Shown here piece after piece: positions 1-11,518 of a stretch of 64,000 bases of DNA. Within the stretch, counting starts at the first letter, position 1, and each line of letters starts with the position of its first letter. A program made the translations under genes and the position numbers. The stretch is from Octopus bimaculoides (taxonomy: Eukaryota): contig NC_068990.1 in the NCBI RefSeq assembly GCF_001194135.2, positions 7,357,599-7,421,598 of the forward strand. Direction: 5' to 3'. Below the pieces are notes generated by a model. It saw only the letters and a program-made list of their open reading frames with translations, was not told the origin of the DNA and did not search any database.

Positions 1-102
1 ACTTCCGGTCAGCCATTGTTATGATCGGCCATTATTATGATTGACCGTTGACTGAACACTATTCAATTTTTTTTCTCCGTGTTTTTCTCCTTGTCTCCGT
101 AT

Positions 103-139
103 TCTTTCTGTTGAAGAGCGTAGCTCGAAACGTCAAAGA
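103..139 (+). ncRNA. Minimal (Penelope-type) type I hammerhead-like motif with variant core CUGUUGA
   Basis: TCTTT-CTGTTGA-A-GAGC-GTA-GCTC-GAAA-CGT-C-AAAGA. Stem I is TCTTT/AAAGA, stem II is GAGC/GCTC, and palindromic ACGT is followed by C17. Core position A6 is U. Confidence 0.55.
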
Positions 140-227
140 CTTTCCGTATTCCCGAGCGTCATACTAATATATACTTTTGTTATTTACACCACCTGTCCTC
201 GTCTGTTGTTATTATTTGTATATTCTC

Positions 228-267
<40 letters not shown>

Positions 268-892
268 AATGAAATGTATATACAGAGAGAAAGCGAGAGA
301 GAGAATAAGTGAGAGAGAGTGAGAGAGAGGTACATGCACAACACACTCATATAATCATCATCAGTAGCATTGCTTGACATTTTGACATCTGCTTTTCCAA
401 ACTGGTATGTTTTGGAGATGTCTTCTGAAGCCATGTTTACTTCTGCTATTTACCTTCTCTGTCAGCCTGACTTTGATCCCATTACATCTCTTGTGTGTCC
501 ATCATTTAAAATGGAAACGCTATATAGAATTCTTACCTATTCCTTTTCAGTACATGAAACTTGGCCACTTTACTGTCATTGTCACCTTTCCTGCTAATTA
601 AAAACATTAGTCTTTGAGTCCTTTCCATTGTAGGTTTTATTCAAGATTTGAATTTCCTTTCTGAACCTTTGGTTGATTCAACTACGAAAACTAAATCATT
701 AGTATACAAGAGTTCCCTGAGTATAAAAAATCTATAATTAAAAAAAGGGGTGCTATGAACTTGCTGTGATGGAATACACGAGCAATTGACCTGGTACTTT
801 ATGTGTGAATGAAATAAAATAATGACTTCCCTTTTTTTGGACAATTTTAATTCTTTCTAAAATAATCTTTTTTTTTTTTTTGTCATTTTTAG

Positions 893-1021
893 ATTTCATG
901 GGATGCTGCAACTTTAGGATTTTGGTTCACAGATCTCATTGAAAGAAATGAACAGTTTTACAACTGGGTGTTTGAAGGACGTCCCAATTATTTTTGGATG
1001 ACCGGTTTCTTTAATCCTCAA
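893..1021 (+). CDS. DNAH5: Axonemal outer-arm dynein heavy chain (DNAH5/DNAH8 type), third-last coding exon
   Basis: Polypyrimidine tract and AG at 891-892, GT donor at 1022. The 129 nt translate to [43 protein letters not shown], matching the DNAH5/8 C-terminal motif TLGFWFTELxERN...[13 protein letters not shown]5 and DNAH8 cannot be separated from this fragment. Confidence 0.93.
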
Positions 1022-1390
1022 GTAATCCTTCTGCTTTAATACTCTGTTATGTCTCCACAGTTTTATCACATGCTGCATTTACTGAAACAATTATTTTTTT
1101 CAAATGTTTTATAATTTCAACCTTCAATAGTCAGTTCATGTTTTGATACTGATTCCCTATAAGGAAGCAAAAGTTTCCAAGGTGATTTTAGGATTGTGTC
1201 CCATGTCTTACATGGTGCTGATGATAGCCAAGAAACTAGAAATGCCATCACCGTTCTGCCAGAAGGTGCCATAAAATGGTTGTTGTTCTTTTGATACCTA
1301 TTGCCTAAAGCAAGCATTTTTCTCAGTGGCAAACTGATGTATAAACAGTCTTTTTTTACAGGTCAAATGTATCCCAACCATGTCTGCACT

Positions 1391-1653
1391 TCAGTTCAAT
1401 ATTTAAGAGATGAGGAATTATGTACATTATTTACATTATTTACATTTGACAGATATTTGTCCTCATCTTGTTTGTTGTTAATTCTATATTTAAGAGATGA
1501 GGAATTCTGTACATTATTTACATTTGACGGATATTTGTCCTCATCTTGTTTGTTGTTAACACAACGTTTCAGCTGATATACCCTCCAGCCTCATCAGGTC
1601 TCTTGGAGAAATTTCGAACCTGGGTTCTCATTCCTAAAGTTTTTTTTTTTCGA

Positions 1654-1688
<35 letters not shown>

Positions 1689-1770
1689 GTGTTCAGGTCA
1701 CTGCTTGGAATCGAACTTGGAATCTTGGGGTTAGTAGCCTGCGTTCTTAACCACTACGCCATATGCCCAC
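1391..1770 (-). mobile_element. tRNA-headed SINE-like element with internal hammerhead motif and tandem 3-prime repeat
   Basis: On the - strand: A box TGGCGTAGTGG (1751-1761), B box GTTCGATTC (1708-1716), (AAT)n spacer, HHR at 1558-1602, and an approximately 87-bp segment duplicated in tandem (about 1395-1481 and 1482-1560). Confidence 0.6.
1558..1602 (-). ncRNA. Minimal type I hammerhead ribozyme motif
   Basis: The - strand reads GAGAC-CTGATGA-GGCTG-GAGGGTATAT-CAGCT-GAAA-CGT-T-GTGTT. Core intact. Stem II has 5 bp with a G-U first pair, stem I has 4 of 5 pairs, and stem III is the palindromic ACGT of dimer-type hammerheads. Confidence 0.7.
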
Positions 1771-1946
1771 AGGCATATTAGTATGTATTAAGTATAAGGT
1801 AGTAAAATAAGTAAAAACAGAAAAAAATAGTTGTTAATATTACAATTTAGATAGTATACCTCCAAATTAAAGGATGAATCTAATTCAACCTTTTTACACA
1901 TAAATTCACAATGCATCATATACAAATTTATGCATACATACTAAAA

Positions 1947-2445
1947 AATTGAATATTGAGATGATGGTGCACAAGCACTGGTTACATTTGACTGGACATC
2001 TTATTAGAATGAAGGATAGCAAGATCCCTACGCAGGTGCTATATGGGGAACTTGTTAGTGGAAAGAAACCCCGGCAGAAACCAAAGCTTCAATTTAAGGA
2101 CTGTGTAAAGTCCTCATTAAAGGCTTGTGATATGCAGGAGACTGACTGGGAGAACAATGACTGTCATCACTACAGATGGAGGAAGCAGGTTAAGGAGGGG
2201 GTCGACAGCTTTGAAAGAGCACATATTCTGCATGAAGAACTTAAGCATGCTGCTCAAAAGTGCACTACTAGCATAGTGAATGGGGGGAGCTTGATTTGCA
2301 ATGTTTGTAGTCGTGTATGCTTGTCAAGAGCAGGGCTCATTGGCCATCAACAGAGCCACAAATGCAAAATGTAAGTTAGTCATAGAGCTCCCAATGTTCC
2401 TAAAGGTCAGTAATGGCCTTCCTCTGTTACGAGTGGACAGCCATC

Positions 2446-2447
<2 letters not shown>
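1947..2447 (+). mobile_element. RTE-clade (BovB-like) LINE, 3-prime fragment
   Basis: ORF 1949-2374: WLHLTGHLIRMKDSKIPTQVLYGEL...KPKLQFKD...W...WRKQVKEG, plus a terminal C2H2 finger CNVCSRVCLSRAGLIGHQQSH, typical of the RTE ORF end. Lies in a dynein intron. Confidence 0.85.
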
Positions 2448-2529
<82 letters not shown>

Positions 2530-2729
2530 TAGAATGTGTTAATTATTTTTAATGCTTCAATTCTGTATTAGAATGATTTTCCTTGTGTGTATATAGTATG
2601 TGTCATGAAGTAAATCTAATATGCAACGATATATGTAGACATATAATATGTTTTTTATATATTTATTCGAAGTAAAGTTTTCCATATTCAAATGCAATTT
2701 TCTATTATTGTCTTCTGTTAAATCTTTAG

Positions 2730-2856
2730 GGTTTTCTTACTGCTATGCGCCAGGAGATCACAAGAGCACACAAAGGTTGGGCCTTAGATGCTGTTGTTCT
2801 AAACAACAATGTCACAAAATCAATGAAAGAGGATATCAATTCTGCTCCACAGGAAG
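2730..2856 (+). CDS. DNAH5: Dynein heavy chain, penultimate coding exon
   Basis: AG at 2728-2729, GT at 2857. Translates to [42 protein letters not shown](G). It continues in phase 0 from the previous exon and ends in phase 1. Confidence 0.93.
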
Positions 2857-2944
2857 GTATGCAACAGGGATTTATGTATGAGCTTTTTGGTACTTGAATC
2901 AAATTATAAATGCTTTATGAGGAATGTATGAAATATAAATAATA

Positions 2945-3365
2945 TCTTTTATCCTTTAATTGTTTCAGTCATTTAACTGTGGCCATGCTGGGGCACCGCA
3001 TTAAAAGACCTTTTAGTCAAACAAATCAACCTCTGGACTTGATATTTTTAAGCCTAGTACTTAATTTATTGGTCTCTTTTGCTGAACCACTATGTTACAG
3101 AGACACAAAAACACCAACACTAGTTGTCAAGCATTGATGGAGAACAAATGTAGACACACAGATAAACACAGTTAACCCCCCCCCCCCACACACACATAAT
3201 GGGTTTCTTTTAGTTTCAGTCTACCAAATACTCTCCCAAAGCTTTGGTTGGCCCGAGTCTATAGTAGAAGACACTTACCCAAGGTAGGAAACTTGCCCAT
3301 TGTGGGACTGAACCCAGAACCATGTGGTTGTGAGGCAAACGTCTTACCACATCACTACACTGTGC
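2945..3365 (-). mobile_element. tRNA-derived SINE family B copy
   Basis: Reverse complement of the near-full copy at 56218-56616. Shared motifs: GACTGAAAC tail, CAGCATGGCC, CTACTATAG, GGTTCAGTCCCAC B-box region. Confidence 0.8.
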
Positions 3366-4938
3366 CTATATCTACATTTAGCTTTATAATAATCTTAATT
3401 TTAAATTCTAATTCTAACTTTGAGTTTGCTTACTTCAATGTCAGCCCAAATACCAATCAGAATCAATATTTATTTAAGTTTATATGATTTTACAATACTA
3501 AAAGCATTTATATTTCTTTATATTCCATATTAGCGTCATGAAATAATGTGAGGGTGTTTGAATGTGTGTTTATCCTCAAATGTTGTTCTTATCATTTGAA
3601 GTACTTTTTGGATAGTTTGTTTTCAAATGGTACTTATATGACCGTTTTTATTCTTGTTGTGCATCTAAGGAAAATATACTTGTCAGAGTCAATATTTCTG
3701 CACAAAATAATCTTTTATCACAACACAAGACATTCTCTCACATTACAAGTGTTTTTGCTGTTTCCAGGATGAACTATTCCATATCTGTTTATAAACGTGT
3801 AGACTAAGTGACCATGGTTCAACCCTTTGCCATTTAAACAGGCCATACCTGACCCAAATATTCTACATATTTTATGTTCAAACTGGCAACCTCCAGTCTC
3901 TCACACCTACCCTACAATGTCATTCTGAAAATAAACAACCACATCATCCAAATCTCAAAGCTACAAAATAATGTATAATTAATTCAAAACAATGTGAACA
4001 GATAAGCATTACATCTGACAGAGCAATCATCATGATCATCATTTAACATCAGTTGTCCATGCTGGGATGGGTTGGACGGTTTGACCAGCGCTGTCATGCC
4101 TACCCTGTCCTTCTGTTGGACGTTGTATATCCACCTCTATATTATCTAATGTCTCAATCTCTTTTCAGACGGATAAGACATAACTTAAGTATGGTTTAGT
4201 TACTATTTCTTGCAAGTTGAGTAACCACATAGACATTGCCTTGTTGTCTCTATTGTGGTGTGATTTAGTTTATTCTAACAGCCAAATGAGCTTTTTAAAA
4301 ATGCTGTGTATGCACTGATACAGGTATGTCTCTCTTCCTTCTTCAAGCAATTGCAACTGGCATGCCATGCCAGGAATCTTTGTTTTCCATTCATTTGGCA
4401 AGTCATGAAGTTGATGTTTGTGTTTGCCTATAACATCTTTGTTCTTGAATGTCTTCACCCCACCATTAAGGCGTAGGAGCCTCTGAAACATAACATCTGA
4501 CATAGCCTGGTATATATATAGTATAATATGGGTCACACTTCTAGATTGTTAAAGGTCAAGAATTGATCAGACGTGAATCATATTCTGGATGTGTATCTAG
4601 CCTTTCTGATTCAGTTTTTGAAATTTTGTTGTTATATAATCACTCTGAAAAGTTGTCAGAGATTATGAAGCCTGGTATTTATAGGTTTTAGCTGTAAATT
4701 GTTCATGAATAGTTAGAGTTGTGATATTGATGTGCATATTTCACTGGATATTTCCTTCAACTTCAGTCAAGCTGTTCTGTGGCTGATAAAAGTGTATTAA
4801 AGAAGTGGAAATTGAGAATACTTAACAATTACTTAAGACATGATTTCTTTACAAAGAGTGAACAAATGTGGTTAGAATCAAAATCGCTTTTCAGATAAAT
4901 GTAGATAACATCAGACTAACTTAATTATTCTATTTCAG

Positions 4939-5222
4939 GTGTATATGTGCATGGACTTTTCTTGGATGGGGCAGCCTGGGACAAGCGGAACAGCCGTGTA
5001 ATTGAGCAGACTCCCAAAGTACTCAATGTAATTCTTCCTGTTGTCCATGTTTTTGCAATTAACACTGAGAGGCCAAAAAGCAACGATATCTATGATTGTC
5101 CTGTGTACAAGAAACCACAACGTACTGATCTCACCTACATATTTCCTCTCCTGCTCAAAACAAACAAACCTCCAGATCATTGGATTTTAAGAGGTGTTGC
5201 TTTACTCTGTGATATCAGATAA
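4939..5222 (+). CDS. DNAH5: Dynein heavy chain, terminal coding exon
   Basis: TTTCAG acceptor ending at 4938, phase 1 compatible. Translates to (G)VYVHGLFLDGAAWDKRNSRVIEQTPK...YDCPVYKKPQRTDLTYI...HWILRGVALLCDIR*, the canonical DNAH5/8 C-terminus. Stop TAA at 5220-5222. Confidence 0.95.
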
Positions 5223-5226
5223 TAAA
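5221..5226 (+). promoter_or_regulatory. Candidate polyadenylation signal AATAAA for the dynein gene
   Basis: AATAAA overlaps the stop codon. A second AATAAA lies at 5462-5467. Confidence 0.4.
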
Positions 5227-5499
5227 TTAAAAACGTTTCCATAAATATTTTCCCCGAGTTTGCCTCTTGGATTTTATTTGTTCTTCACTTTCTCATCTCA
5301 ATATTTTGACATGTGTTTATATTGGTGGACTGTGAGATGAAGCAGAGACCAACTATTTGGGCAAAAAGGTCCTGACCCAAGTGCTAGTCACTACCTTAAC
5401 TCATACCATCACATCATGCACCTTTTTCCAGTTTAAGTTCAGTTCAGCTCATGCTAATACAAATAAAAATGAACTGATAAATTGTTCCAGTTATCTCTA

Positions 5500-5720
5500 C
5501 TGTTTATGTCTTACTTGTTTGAGTCATTGGACTGTGGCCATATTGGAGTACTGCTTTGAAGGATTTAGTCAAAGAAATCTACCCCAGTATTTATCTTTAT
5601 GTCTGGTATTTATTCAGTTAGTCTGTTTTTCTCAGTCACTAAGTTAAAGTTACAGGGGCGTAAACAAACCAACACTGGTTGTCAATAAGTTGTGGGAGAC
5701 AGACACAACACAAGCACAAG
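5500..5720 (-). mobile_element. SINE family B, partial 3-prime half
   Basis: gtcattggactgtggccatattggag...aagttacaggggcgtaaacaaaccaacactggttgtcaa matches family B copies. Confidence 0.65.
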
Positions 5721-6300
5721 GACAGACATACACACACACATGATGCACGTGTATGTATGTGTGCATGTATGTGTGTGCATGTGTGTGTGAAAGATTGAAT
5801 TAAAATTTGTTTCAAGGAAAAAAAAACAGTTACTGTTGAACATATCAATGTGATCATTGTATTAGGTTTCTATTGAAGTATCTTTTCCATCTTGACTTGG
5901 TTGTTACCCAGCAGCATAGTGATAGGTACGACTAGTATTATATAATGCATTGGAGGACCTGTATGTGCTGTGTAATAAAAATTATATCAGAAATAGCAAT
6001 GCATAATCAGTTAATTTTAATACAAGGACAACATTTAACTTTATATTAATGTTTACATCTTGCCTAGTTTTATGAGACATGAGATAATTATTACTGAAGC
6101 ACAGTGAACTCGTCTAAATGTTTGATTTAGTCAATACTTTATATATTTTCAAAAAGATCAATGAAACTCATTAGCTTCCCACCAATTAAAGCAGAAACCT
6201 TTTTGCTTAAACATAAACATTTCACTTTAAATCATTTTGGTTTGTGTGTATACATTTATCCATTACAGCAAGTCCCGGTATTTATATATGCAAACGCATG

Positions 6301-6500
6301 AGTACACACACACACCCCTCACATTCAGACATACACATGCACAAGTATACACACACACACCCTCACATTCAGACATGCGCAAGCACACACACACACACAC
6401 ACCCTCACATTCAGACATACACATGCACAAGTACTCACACACACACCCTCACATTCAGACATACACATGCACAAGTACTCACACACACACACACGCACAC
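6301..6500. repeat. Minisatellite, about 4 copies of a 40-44 bp unit (CACACCCTCACATTCAGACATACACATGCACAAGTA)
   Basis: ccctcacattcagacat recurs four times, separated by variable (CA)n. Confidence 0.85.
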
Positions 6501-6589
6501 ACTCATGTACGCACACATACATTGTATCTGTGGTGTACAGTTTGTCATAAACTTGAATCTTAAATCTATAGCTTGGATTTAATGCTACC

Positions 6590-7500
6590 AGGACAGATAT
6601 GTGAGAACCTCAGTTGGCACAAGTTACTTCTCTGAAGATTTCAATTATCTGACCTGATACCTGCTTGGAATATTTATTTTCAACTGATGAGTCATGGCAT
6701 GCCATCAAGGTATGCACTGAAGTCCATTCTGTGATCTGGTTTACCATTCATTCCAAGGAGTTGAGCACAATGCTGCACACATCTGCTTGGACCAAGTAAC
6801 ATGCACCTATATTAGTCCCCAAAAGACCGAATTGTGGTTTTGTTGCCACATTTTGCCTCCAACACTTGGGTCCATTGAGCAGCTTTCATTCCCTTGTGTC
6901 TTAGAACAAACACCTTAGCCCTGATAATGCAACCTTTGTGCTAAGCATGAAGAATTGAAGAATCGGTCAGCACCTTTTCTAAGTTTCTTTCTATTCTATT
7001 TCTTTCTATCACCAATGCCTCACTAAACCTAGTCGATTCTACTCTATTTGCCCTTTCAGGGCAAACCACCATTTATTGTTAACGACTGCCTCCATCAACA
7101 CTTGTTTAGCTAATTTGCTAATATGGTCGGTGTAAGCTTAGCACTCCAGGTGTATGTGTACAGCTTCCTGTAACCAGATCCCTACCTAAGAAACCTATCT
7201 AGGTTGACTATACAGATCACACATTTGTCGTCTGTGTAGCTGACGATTTTACAAAGTGGACAGCTTATGTTGTTCTTATCTATTGCTCTACAGAAAATTA
7301 TATCAAGATATGACATGGATGACCTGATGCGGTTTGTCCTCGTCCACATTGGAAAATTCGGGAAATTCAGTTAGTACCTGTTAGTACCAGTTAGTACCTG
7401 TTAGACATTTGGAAGTGTCTGAGCAAGTTGCAATGCTTTTACACTCACCTTGTCTAATAGCTAGTTCCACACAATCCAAACGGGCATCCAAGCTGGCGTT
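6590..7500 (-). mobile_element. Highly degenerate LINE reverse-transcriptase relic (clade uncertain)
   Basis: Broken - strand frames contain RT-like words (SYTDD resembling YADD; GGLPL resembling GGLGLP). Many stops. Confidence 0.3.
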
Positions 7501-7937
7501 CCAGCGCTAAAATAGTTGAAACGTTCTCAGGAAAGCTTCCAGCCATCTGAAGAAATCTGGCTATCTTTATTTACTTTCTTGGTCCAGGAAGATAGCCCTT
7601 ACCTTGAGATCCAGATCGTTACGGAACAATACCGCAGCCCCCCACCACCGATTCCTGATTGCATGGAGATACGTAAATCCCATATCCACCGAAAATAGGC
7701 ATGAAAGCCTATAAATCGAAAAGTCTGGTCTTACTGATAACCACAACAGCTATACTTAGTGACTTGAGGTCATTGAGTAGGTGGCTTTGTTTTTAAGGTG
7801 ACCCCCAACCACGTGAATTTTTACTGCCTATTCTGAGCACGGCCTGTTCAGGAGGGGGGGGGGGCTAGTCGATTACATCGACCCCAGTGCTCAGCTNNNN
7901 NNNNNNGGCGTGCTAATGATTCTGCCAGCTCACTGCC

Positions 7938-7969
<32 letters not shown>

Positions 7970-8155
7970 CCTTTTTACTGGAAGTACAAGGATTCAAATT
8001 TGAGGGAAGGGATTAAGTCGATTACATCGACCTCAGTGCGTAGCTGGTACTAGTTTTATCGACCCCGAAAGGATGAAAGCAAAGTCGACCTCGGCCAGAC
8101 GAAATAACGTTAAGCATTTCGCCCGGCGTGCAAACGATTCTGCTAGCTCGTCGGC

Positions 8156-8157
<2 letters not shown>
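7970..8157 (-). mobile_element. tRNA-derived SINE family A copy with internal deletion
   Basis: Reverse complement of the GGCGGCGAGCTGGCAGAATCGTTAGCAC-type SINE. Lacks the B-box segment (gtcgacctcggc joined directly to cagacgaaat). Confidence 0.85.
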
Positions 8158-8197
<40 letters not shown>

Positions 8198-8198
8198 T

Positions 8199-8830
8199 CA
8201 TATTATCTCTGGCTGCCCAGTCCTGGCTAAGAAGGAATATATTCACAGATACGACAGAGCTGGGACCTATATACACTGGAAGCTATGCCAACACTATGGA
8301 ATAACAACAGAAAAAAGATGGTATAAACACACACCAGAAAAGGTCACAGAAAACGAGAAAGCAACCATACTCTGGGATATGCCAATACACACAGATAGAG
8401 AAATGAAGGCCAATAGACCAGGTATAGTTGTCAAAGACCATGAAGGAAAAAAATGCTTTCTAATTGATGTATCAATACCAGCAGATGGTAACGTTTCCCT
8501 AAAAGAAATGGAGAAACTTTCAAAATACAAAAACCTAGAAATAGAGGTAACTCGAATGTGGGATCTAAAAACAGAAACAATTCCTATCATAGTAGGCGCC
8601 TTAGGTATAATAAAAAAATATTCAGACAAATCCATAACAAAAACACCAGGACTTACAAATATATATAACATATGGAAAATTGCACAACTGGGCACTGCAC
8701 ACATCCTACGCAAAACACTTTCAATACAGTAACCATGAGAGTATCACAGTAAACCACAGCACATACCCAAGGCACACAGAGCTGCGCTCGGTAGTGAAGT
8801 GAAAGCACACTACAAAAATAAAACTACTGA
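8199..8830 (+). mobile_element. R4/Dong-clade non-LTR retrotransposon, 3-prime fragment (CCHC remnant and RLE endonuclease)
   Basis: Open frame HIISGCPVLAKKEYIHRYDRAGTYIHWKLCQHYG...ILWDMPIHTDREMKANRPGIVVKD...LIDVSIP...EKLSKYKNL...PIIVGALG...LRKTLSIQ* (stop at 8732). The RLE motif RPD is changed to RPG. Flanked by (AAT)n on both sides. Confidence 0.85.
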
Positions 8831-8856
8831 ATAATAACAATAATAATAATAATAAT

Positions 8857-9034
8857 CCTTTTTACTGGTAGTACAACAACTCAAATTTGAGGGGAGTTAT
8901 TAAGTCGATTACATCGACCTCAGTGCGTAGCTGGTACTACCCGAAAGGATGAAAGGCAAAGTCGACCTCGGCCAGACGAAATTCCGTTAAGCATTTCGCC
9001 CGGCGTGCTAACGATTCTGCCAGCTCGTCGGCTT
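8857..9034 (-). mobile_element. SINE family A copy sharing the deletion seen at 7970-8157
   Basis: Same deletion junction and same variant words (acctcagtgcgtagctggtacta, gtcggctt). Confidence 0.85.
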
Positions 9035-10740
9035 GATAATAATAATAATAATAATAATAATGCCAGAAATTGTTGGGGAGGGCACTAGTTGATTACATCG
9101 ACTCCTGCGTTCAAGTGGTACTTATTTCATCGACCCCGAAAAGATTCACCGGAAGAATTTGAACTCGGAATGTAAAGCTTAGTATTTAGCTTGTATTTTT
9201 TTTTTGCATAGTATTTTGATTGTAGTGTTAACAGTTCCGCCAGCTCAATGCCAGCAACTCTGAGGGATGGGGATTAACCGATTACATCAACCCCCAGTAC
9301 TTTACTGTTTCTTTGTTTTATCGACCACAAAGAGATGAAAAGTTTAAGTTGACCTTAGTAGGATTTGAACTCAAACTGTAAGCAGCTGCAACAAACAATG
9401 TCAAGAATTTTTCCAATGCTCTAATAATACCTATTTTCAGTTTGATTGATATTTCCTTTCTAATTCTCGAACCGAAATCGAACTGTTTATGCTACATGTT
9501 CACTCCTAAAATAAAATGAATTCCATTACCAATAAATTTATTCTTTTGTTAATTATAGGGAAGACAAAATCCAAAGCTATTTGTTCTCTGGCACATTCAT
9601 TTCAAAAAAATATATTAAAACGCATCATTTCACACCTCCGAGACCAGAGCAGAATACCGATTTTGTACAGGTGTTGTCCCCGCCTTGGACTCTCTAGTCT
9701 ATAATTCCCTTCCTTCCATGAGTTTATAATGGTACAGATACTGGGCTGGATTATGATTTGTGAAGGTTGTGTTGGGATATTGATGGTTGTGAGCAACAAT
9801 GGAAATAGCAAACCTTAAGCACAGTTTAATAGATGTAAAGTTTATTGGTTGATATCATTGGCCGTGTTTGTTAGAAAGCGAAGAGGAAGCGGGAGAGAGA
9901 AAAACAACCAAAATAGAAGATACATGGAAATTATTGGAGGTGCAACAATATTTCAAAACCTGGCTGGGATAAAAATGCTCTTCCTGCCTGAAAATAAGGA
10001 AATCAGATGCTGGATGAAAAGGAATACGGTTTCAGTCTGATCATATAATTTCCTGTGGAAACCCTCACCACTATGATCAACTGAGTTGTATCTGACGTGT
10101 TGTCTTTTAAGAAATATAGATCCCAAGTACACATTAACAGCACCAATAACAGAACTATTATAAATAGCAGATATAATCCTTGTCAACACATCCACCAGCG
10201 TTACTGTCATCATCGCCGCCGTCATCAGCATCATTGAATTCGTTTGCCCTGCCTTTAGTTCGTAACCATATCCTTTTTCCTGTTTATTTTAAGCCATATT
10301 TTCCGCCTCTCGGAGAAGATGGCAAGGTTTTATCTAATTTATAGCTCACTTAATTATATGGCTGATTTGCTGTCAACGTTTTCTCCTCTCATTCATCCCA
10401 CCCCCGTCTTTCTTCTATCATTTTTCATATTAGTGACAAACAATAACTGCAAAGCCACAGCAATGACACAAACATAGCAATCAATCCAAGTTTATGTGCT
10501 TCATGTCCACCCACCCTCATTCAAGAACTAACCTTTTCCCGATATCGATGTTTCTTTTCATTCATTGATTCTTTCACTCTTTTTTTTATTTTTGGTGCCC
10601 CTTTTCTTTTTCGATTTCTTTTTATTGTTATTGCAAACAGATTGATGGGGTAGAAGTGGGTGTATTTGTATCGATCTCTTATTAGCATCTGGGTGTGGTC
10701 CCATCTCATATCCTGTACATCCTGGAAATGTTTACACATC

Positions 10741-10778
<38 letters not shown>

Positions 10779-11266
10779 CAGAGACAGAGTGTGTGAAGGA
10801 AGAGCGACAGAGTGATGGAGATCAAGACTTGAAAATCATTTACAGAAAGTAGTATTTTATTCCACAAAATTGGTCTTCATTTTTAATTTACCGACACAAA
10901 CACGGCAAAACAGAGATAGATAACTCGACAGATATACTATTAAAACATTTCTTTTGAAGTTCCATTGCGTGTTGGATACCCTGATATCATATTTCGTAAG
11001 AAAAAATATAGATATATCAATTACTGTTGGTACAAGTTACATCACTAGTAAAGGAATTGTCACGTGTTCAAACCTGGCATTTATAAAATCAAACCTTAAA
11101 CCATGGTCATTTAGATCAGTATGAACAAAAGAAGCGATACACTTATACGATCAATGCTGCCTAGTTCCACTCATACTCTTTGTAATTGTGAGGCAAGTAA
11201 TGTAATAGTTGTGAGATGACCTGAGCCGATCAACCAAAATCCTGTGATAATATATCGACATTGAAA

Positions 11267-11478
11267 GGCGGCGAGCTGGTAGAAACGTTAGCACGCTGGG
11301 CAAACTGCTTAGCGGTATTTCGTCTGTCTTTACGTTCTGAGTTCAAATTCCGCCCAGCTGCACTTTGCTTTTCATCCTTTCGGGGTCGATAAATTAAGTA
11401 CCAGTTGCATATTGGGATCAATCTAATCGACTGGCCCCTTCCCCAAAATTTCGGGCCTTGTGTCTAGAGTAGATAAAA
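11267..11478 (+). mobile_element. tRNA-derived SINE family A, full length
   Basis: GGCGGCGAGCTGG head, GAGTTCAAATTCC B box, TTTCATCCTTTCGGGGTCGAT core and GGGCCTTGTG tail. Many copies in the window. Confidence 0.9.
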
Positions 11479-11518
11479 TATATTACATTGTTTGTGGTCA
11501 ATTGCTTTTTCTTTTTTA

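Noticed and set aside
1208-1255. CTGATGA...GAAAC near 1208
   Set aside because: No stem II can form and there is no NUH in register with a stem I.
1691-1770. tRNA-like sequence
   Set aside because: It has A and B boxes but the acceptor and T stems do not pair well, so it is treated as a SINE head rather than a tRNA gene.
4270-4536. 88-aa - strand ORF inside a dynein intron
   Set aside because: No recognisable homology or splice signals.
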